DNA of 51,083 nt. It comes from a virus (taxonomy: Duplodnaviria; Heunggongvirae; Uroviricota; Caudoviricetes). Positions 47,266-51,083 of this stretch are shown piece by piece (within the stretch, counting starts at the first letter, position 1; the number at the start of each line of letters is the position of its first letter). Location of the stretch: IMG/VR virus record IMGVR_UViG_2541047841_000011; one strand, written 5' to 3'. A model generated the notes under the pieces. It was not told the origin of the DNA. It did not search any database and saw nothing but the letters and a program-made list of their open reading frames with translations. Both the position numbers and the translations under genes were made by a program.

Positions 47266-47507
47266 GCTCTGGCTTCCTTCAGTAGCTGGTTAAACATGTT
47301 GGTAAGTGGATTGCCGCACCCGAACGGCATCGGGTTTATCTGGTAAGAAAAGCGACCGCCTGTTTTGCGCTCTTTTCTTATGACTGAACCGCTGCGCCAG
47401 AGTCGGCGTAACTCCGCATTAATGGCTGTGGTTGGGGTATTCAGTGCTGCGGCGATTTCTCCACCGCTACACCCCGGATTGGCGGCGATATAGTCCAGAA
47501 TGGTCAT
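47262..47507 (-). CDS. Winged-helix-like protein (81 aa), mirror copy
   Basis: Exact inverted copy of 3577..3822. Confidence 0.5.
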   Translation of the reverse strand: MTILDYIAANPGCSGGEIAAALNTPTTAINAELRRLWRSGSVIRKERKTGGRFSYQINPMPFGCGNPLTNMFNQLLKEARA

Positions 47508-47707
47508 CTGCGTGACTCCTGTACCTGTCGGATAAGGTTCACCCGCACCACATTCGTGGCGCAGAAGTAAGTGCCGTCAGTGAGATAGATGTGATGTGCA
47601 TCCTTTTCTGAACGGTGTTTGTCGATTGTGGTAATCAGGCGTTCGTCGACTTCGTATTCACGCCCTCTGGAGGTAAAACGAACGACAGGAAAATGCTTAA
47701 TTGCCAT
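47504..47707 (-). CDS. Hypothetical protein (67 aa), mirror copy
   Basis: Exact inverted copy of 3377..3580. Confidence 0.6.
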   Translation of the reverse strand: MAIKHFPVVRFTSRGREYEVDERLITTIDKHRSEKDAHHIYLTDGTYFCATNVVRVNLIRQVQESRR

Positions 47708-47902
47708 TACGCCTCCTTGGCGTGTGCGAATACCTCCGCGAATGCGGATTGTTTTACATTTTCTTATTTAATCTGTGGTTTTATTTGCTCTGTTATTCGC
47801 CAGTGAAAAAGCGTTCAATCTTTTTTATTGAATGAATAATTCGCATAATCCCAATAGCGCAGGCCACCGAAATAATCAGAACAAGCCATGAGATAAATAT
47901 AC

Positions 47903-48148
47903 TCATGCGATATTCCCCAGCTTATACGGTTCAATATGTTCCCCGCACTCTGCGGCACAGATCAGCTCGGAAAGTTCGTTAAGTGCATCCAGATCATCAG
48001 CGTAAAAAGCCACGTCATACAGACTTCGGATTGCTCTGGTCAATGAGTCACGGGCCGCACGTTCAGCATGAGCGCCTGATGCACTTAAGCGAAAATAAAA
48101 ACGCTCAAGTGCTTTGTTAATGAGAGTTTTATATTCTTTGCCCATCAC
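47903..48148 (-). CDS. Hypothetical protein (81 aa), mirror copy
   Basis: Exact inverted copy of 2936..3181. Confidence 0.5.
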   Translation of the reverse strand: MMGKEYKTLINKALERFYFRLSASGAHAERAARDSLTRAIRSLYDVAFYADDLDALNELSELICAAECGEHIEPYKLGNIA

Positions 48149-48156
48149 AACGCCCT

Positions 48157-48444
48157 TTAATCTGCTTTCTGTATTTCAGCTTCTGAATCCATACAAATAA
48201 TTTCGATATAGGGTTCATCGCCATTAACCTGGCGTGCCTTTTCAGCTTCGCTAATGATTTCTCGTACGGTCTGGTACGGAAGTTCCACAAGCAGTCGCGT
48301 GCCGTTCAGATAAACGTAAGTGGCTTCGTCGGCTCCGTTTTTACCCGCCGGAGTTACTCCGTCAATAGCGGATGCACGTAATAACAGTTCACCGCGAAAA
48401 TCAATAAAACGGATAAATACACCTTGTGCATGGTCTTTGGTCAT
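48157..48444 (-). CDS. Hypothetical protein (95 aa), mirror copy
   Basis: Exact inverted copy of 2640..2927. Confidence 0.5.
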   Translation of the reverse strand: MTKDHAQGVFIRFIDFRGELLLRASAIDGVTPAGKNGADEATYVYLNGTRLLVELPYQTVREIISEAEKARQVNGDEPYIEIICMDSEAEIQKAD

Positions 48445-48454
48445 AAAGCACCTG

Positions 48455-48796
48455 TTATAAATCAGCCTGTTTAATAAAACTTTGCCCGCGAAGCAGACGA
48501 TCAACCGTGCGAAGTGCTTCGTATAATGTGAAATCCTGCCCGAACTGATTGTTGCCACTGCTTAGAGCAAAAATGCGGTTTCCGGTAAACGGATTGCGTG
48601 GGCATTTGTGGATCACGATTCCAGCTTTCTCAATCAGCCAGGCATGCTCGCCGATTTGTTTTACTGGGTAGCCATCCGGCGTTGCGTGTGTATCACTCAG
48701 GCTGTAGCGGATGTTGCTGCGTGATGCACTGGTAGCAAAACGGTTAGCGTGGCGTTCTGCACCATTGCGAAAGCGTGAATTACGTTGCTGTTTCAT
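48455..48796 (-). CDS. Hypothetical protein (113 aa), mirror copy
   Basis: Exact inverted copy of 2288..2629. Confidence 0.5.
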   Translation of the reverse strand: MKQQRNSRFRNGAERHANRFATSASRSNIRYSLSDTHATPDGYPVKQIGEHAWLIEKAGIVIHKCPRNPFTGNRIFALSSGNNQFGQDFTLYEALRTVDRLLRGQSFIKQADL

Positions 48797-49260
48797 GTTA
48801 AAGACTCTGTACAGATTTAATTATTCCGGCATAGAGGCCGAACTCAAAATATTTGCGATTAAATCGCATCGCATTGTTTTCACGTTTTGCGGACTGCTGG
48901 TTCATTTTCGTTTGCCTCCGCACATGAGAATTGCGCCGCTTAAGAGGTAACCGAAGTTAATTGATAGTATTACAATTAACATAAGGTCCAATTTGTCCAT
49001 GCCACACATAATTACCCTCATTGCAGTAGTTGTGGGTTGTCAGGTTTCTCACCCGATAAACCAGATAACAAACGCTATAAACATCGCCCCAATAGCTGCC
49101 GGGAAAAGTCCTTTGGTATAAGTGGCGATATATTCAATGCTGAGTTCAATAAAGCGTTCTTCATGTCCGTTAACTTGCGAAACAAATAGATCTCTATTAC
49201 GCCTATCTCAATAAAAACAAGGGTCAGAATGGCGCTGATGATATGGCTGGTCATTTATGA

Positions 49261-49548
49261 CTAAAGTCCCAGCCACAACAACCATGCGTCGCGGCGTTCT
49301 TTCGGTTGCTCAAAAAACGCTTTGCGCATGCCTTCGTTAAATGCTGGCAGATATACCCAGTTTTCTGATGCACGCGTCTTTACTGAACCTGGTTTCACAA
49401 AGTCAATTGTCGGTAGCTTTGCTGCGTCAATCATGGTTCTGACTGTGGATTCCTTGCGGCCGATCATCTTGGCGAATAGTTGATATGGCACCGCTTCAAG
49501 TGGATATGGTGCTACCTGAATGAACCCCCCAAGCTCTGATTCGCTCAT
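49261..49548 (-). CDS. cox: Cox-like protein, mirror copy
   Basis: Exact inverted copy of 1536..1823. Confidence 0.8.
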   Translation of the reverse strand: MSESELGGFIQVAPYPLEAVPYQLFAKMIGRKESTVRTMIDAAKLPTIDFVKPGSVKTRASENWVYLPAFNEGMRKAFFEQPKERRDAWLLWLGL

Positions 49549-49661
49549 TGTGGTAATCTCCCTAATTCGTTCGAATGGCTCAAAATGGCTTATATCGGCT
49601 TATTTGAGTGTTTTTATGTTTGTGCCCGATGTGGCATGTTGCGATGGAGGATATGCCCGAT

Positions 49662-49982
49662 ATGGCATCTTTGTCAAGCATGGGTGAAAAATTTCGCCTG
49701 ATTCGTGAAGCAGAAGGTATGACCCGCCAGGAGTTTGCGGATTGTGTTGGGCTGCCTTATGGGACGGTAACTAACTATGAGGTGAGGGGGAAGCAAGTAA
49801 CAGAGGGTGCCTTACTTAAGGTTACGAAACACCCTAAATTTAAGAAGTATGCTTATTGGTTATCAACAGATGAAACGATGCCGGAGGTCGGGCAAATTTC
49901 TCCGGCTCTCTCTCTTGATGGTTCCTGCAATTCGGAGGGAGATCGCGTTTCAACCGAAACAATCCAAAAATTATCCCGCTGA
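49662..49982 (+). CDS. C: C-like repressor, mirror copy
   Basis: Exact inverted copy of 1102..1422. Confidence 0.75.
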   Translation: MASLSSMGEKFRLIREAEGMTRQEFADCVGLPYGTVTNYEVRGKQVTEGALLKVTKHPKFKKYAYWLSTDETMPEVGQISPALSLDGSCNSEGDRVSTETIQKLSR

Positions 49983-50078
49983 GGCCAGAAAACTGGTTAG
50001 ACCTGCTTTTTGTCTGGTCTGATTATTGCTGGAAAGAGGCTGGAGAAATTGTAGAGCGGTTCATTGGAGGGCTTCGTA

Positions 50079-51083
50079 ATGTCGATTAAGAAGCTCGAAG
50101 ATGGTCGTTATTTGCTGGACATCAGGCCGAACGGACGCAAGGGAAAGCGCGTGCGTAAGGTATTTGACAAAAAATCGGTAGCGGTGGCCACTGAACGCTA
50201 CATCATGGCGAACGCTGAAAAGCGGGAATATATACAGGGCTACCGTGATCGTCGAACGCTAAATGATTTGCTTGAGTTGTGGTGGATGTATCACGGCCAG
50301 CACAGGCGTAAGGCGGAAGAAGACCGAAAACAACTGCGCAACATAATCAATGAGCTTGGCGCTGATATGCAGGCTGTGGATCTTGATAAGCTGAAAATTA
50401 TCGCGTGGCGTTCTCAAAAGATAGCTGAAGGATTGAAACCGTCATCTGCTAACAGGTACATGAATCGGTTATCCGGAATGTTTACCGTGCTGAAAAAAAT
50501 AGGTCTTTGGGATGCAGAACATCCAGTAAGGGGAATTTCTATTCTTTATGTATCTCCACGAGAAATGGCGTTCCTGTCACAGAAGGAAGTGGCGCTATTG
50601 CTCGATACACTGGAGGGCGACTACTGGCGTGTTGCGCTTTTGTGTTTAAGCACAGGGGCGCGCTGGAGTGAAGCTTGTAAGCTTCGTGGTGAACAGATAG
50701 TTCATAACCGTGTAACGTTTCTTGAAACCAAAAATGGCCGGAAGAGAACAGTGCCAATTTCGCAGGCAGTTTGTGAGGCGATCAAAACCAGAGAAACAGG
50801 CGGCTTGTTTGAGGTGAAGTACCGGGAATTCTGCCTGGCGCTGAAAAGAGTTAAGCCCGATTTACCAAAAGGCCAGGCTGCACATGTGCTGCGGCATACG
50901 TTCGCCAGCCATTTTGTGATGAACGGAGGAAACATTATTGCGCTTCAGAAGATTCTTGGTCACGCAACCATTCAGCAAACAATGGCATATGCGCATTTTG
51001 CACCGGATTACCTGCAGGATGCGGTGGCCCTTAATCCGCTGAAAGGTGGCGTAAGTGTCCACGCAGTGTCCACGGGGGATTAA
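50079..51083 (+). CDS. int: Tyrosine integrase, mirror copy
   Basis: Exact inverted copy of 1..1005; window ends at its stop codon. Confidence 0.93.
   Translation: MSIKKLEDGRYLLDIRPNGRKGKRVRKVFDKKSVAVATERYIMANAEKREYIQGYRDRRTLNDLLELWWMYHGQHRRKAEEDRKQLRNIINELGADMQAVDLDKLKIIAWRSQKIAEGLKPSSANRYMNRLSGMFTVLKKIGLWDAEHPVRGISILYVSPREMAFLSQKEVALLLDTLEGDYWRVALLCLSTGARWSEACKLRGEQIVHNRVTFLETKNGRKRTVPISQAVCEAIKTRETGGLFEVKYREFCLALKRVKPDLPKGQAAHVLRHTFASHFVMNGGNIIALQKILGHATIQQTMAYAHFAPDYLQDAVALNPLKGGVSVHAVSTGD

Larger units (their letters stand above)
27188..51083. repeat. Right arm of giant inverted repeat (exact mirror of 1..23896)
   Basis: See left arm; first arm difference is A at 23897 versus C at 27187 (T expected for a perfect mirror). 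Confidence 0.9.

Noticed and set aside
1-51083. CRISPR arrays, rRNA and tRNA genes
   Set aside because: No short regularly spaced direct repeats with unique spacers and no rRNA/tRNA-like sequence seen; the repeats present are the giant inverted arms, the fibre tandem repeats and short protein-binding-type repeats.
27188-51083. Interpreting the right arm as an independent second prophage
   Set aside because: Arms are identical at every position checked, start at the same base of the crossover site and end at the same integrase stop codon; independent insertions would differ and be separated by host DNA.

Overview
The window is a fragment of a P2-like (Peduovirus-type) temperate myovirus prophage, laid out as a 51,083-bp palindrome. 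Two arms (1..23896 and 27188..51083) are exact inverted copies of each other as far as I can check by eye and from the ORF track; they flank a 3.3-kb asymmetric core (23897..27187). Each arm carries, in P2 prophage order: tyrosine integrase, C-type repressor, Cox, a string of small early ORFs, the rolling-circle initiator gpA, a ParM/ParR-like pair, a low-GC two-gene membrane-protein cargo operon at the position where P2 carries tin/old, a cos-like region, portal and large terminase (leftward), then scaffold, major capsid, small terminase, head completion, gpX, holin, M15-peptidase endolysin, overlapped spanins, tail completion R/S, baseplate V/W/J/I and the constant part of tail fibre H. The core is a Mu G-segment-like invertible cassette: two alternative tail-fibre C-termini and two divergent tail-fibre assembly genes, bounded by 26-bp Gin/Hin/Cin/Pin-type crossover sites, with no invertase gene in the window. 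Tail sheath, tube, tape measure, gpU, gpD and ogr are absent. The best candidate for an undescribed system is the low-GC membrane-protein operon at 9377..10756 (mirror 40328..41707); the palindrome itself is either an assembly fold-back at the invertible segment or a genuine inverted duplication. All family assignments come from reading motifs and synteny and recalling reference sequences from memory; no database search was run. Hand-placed motif coordinates may be off by 1-2 nt.
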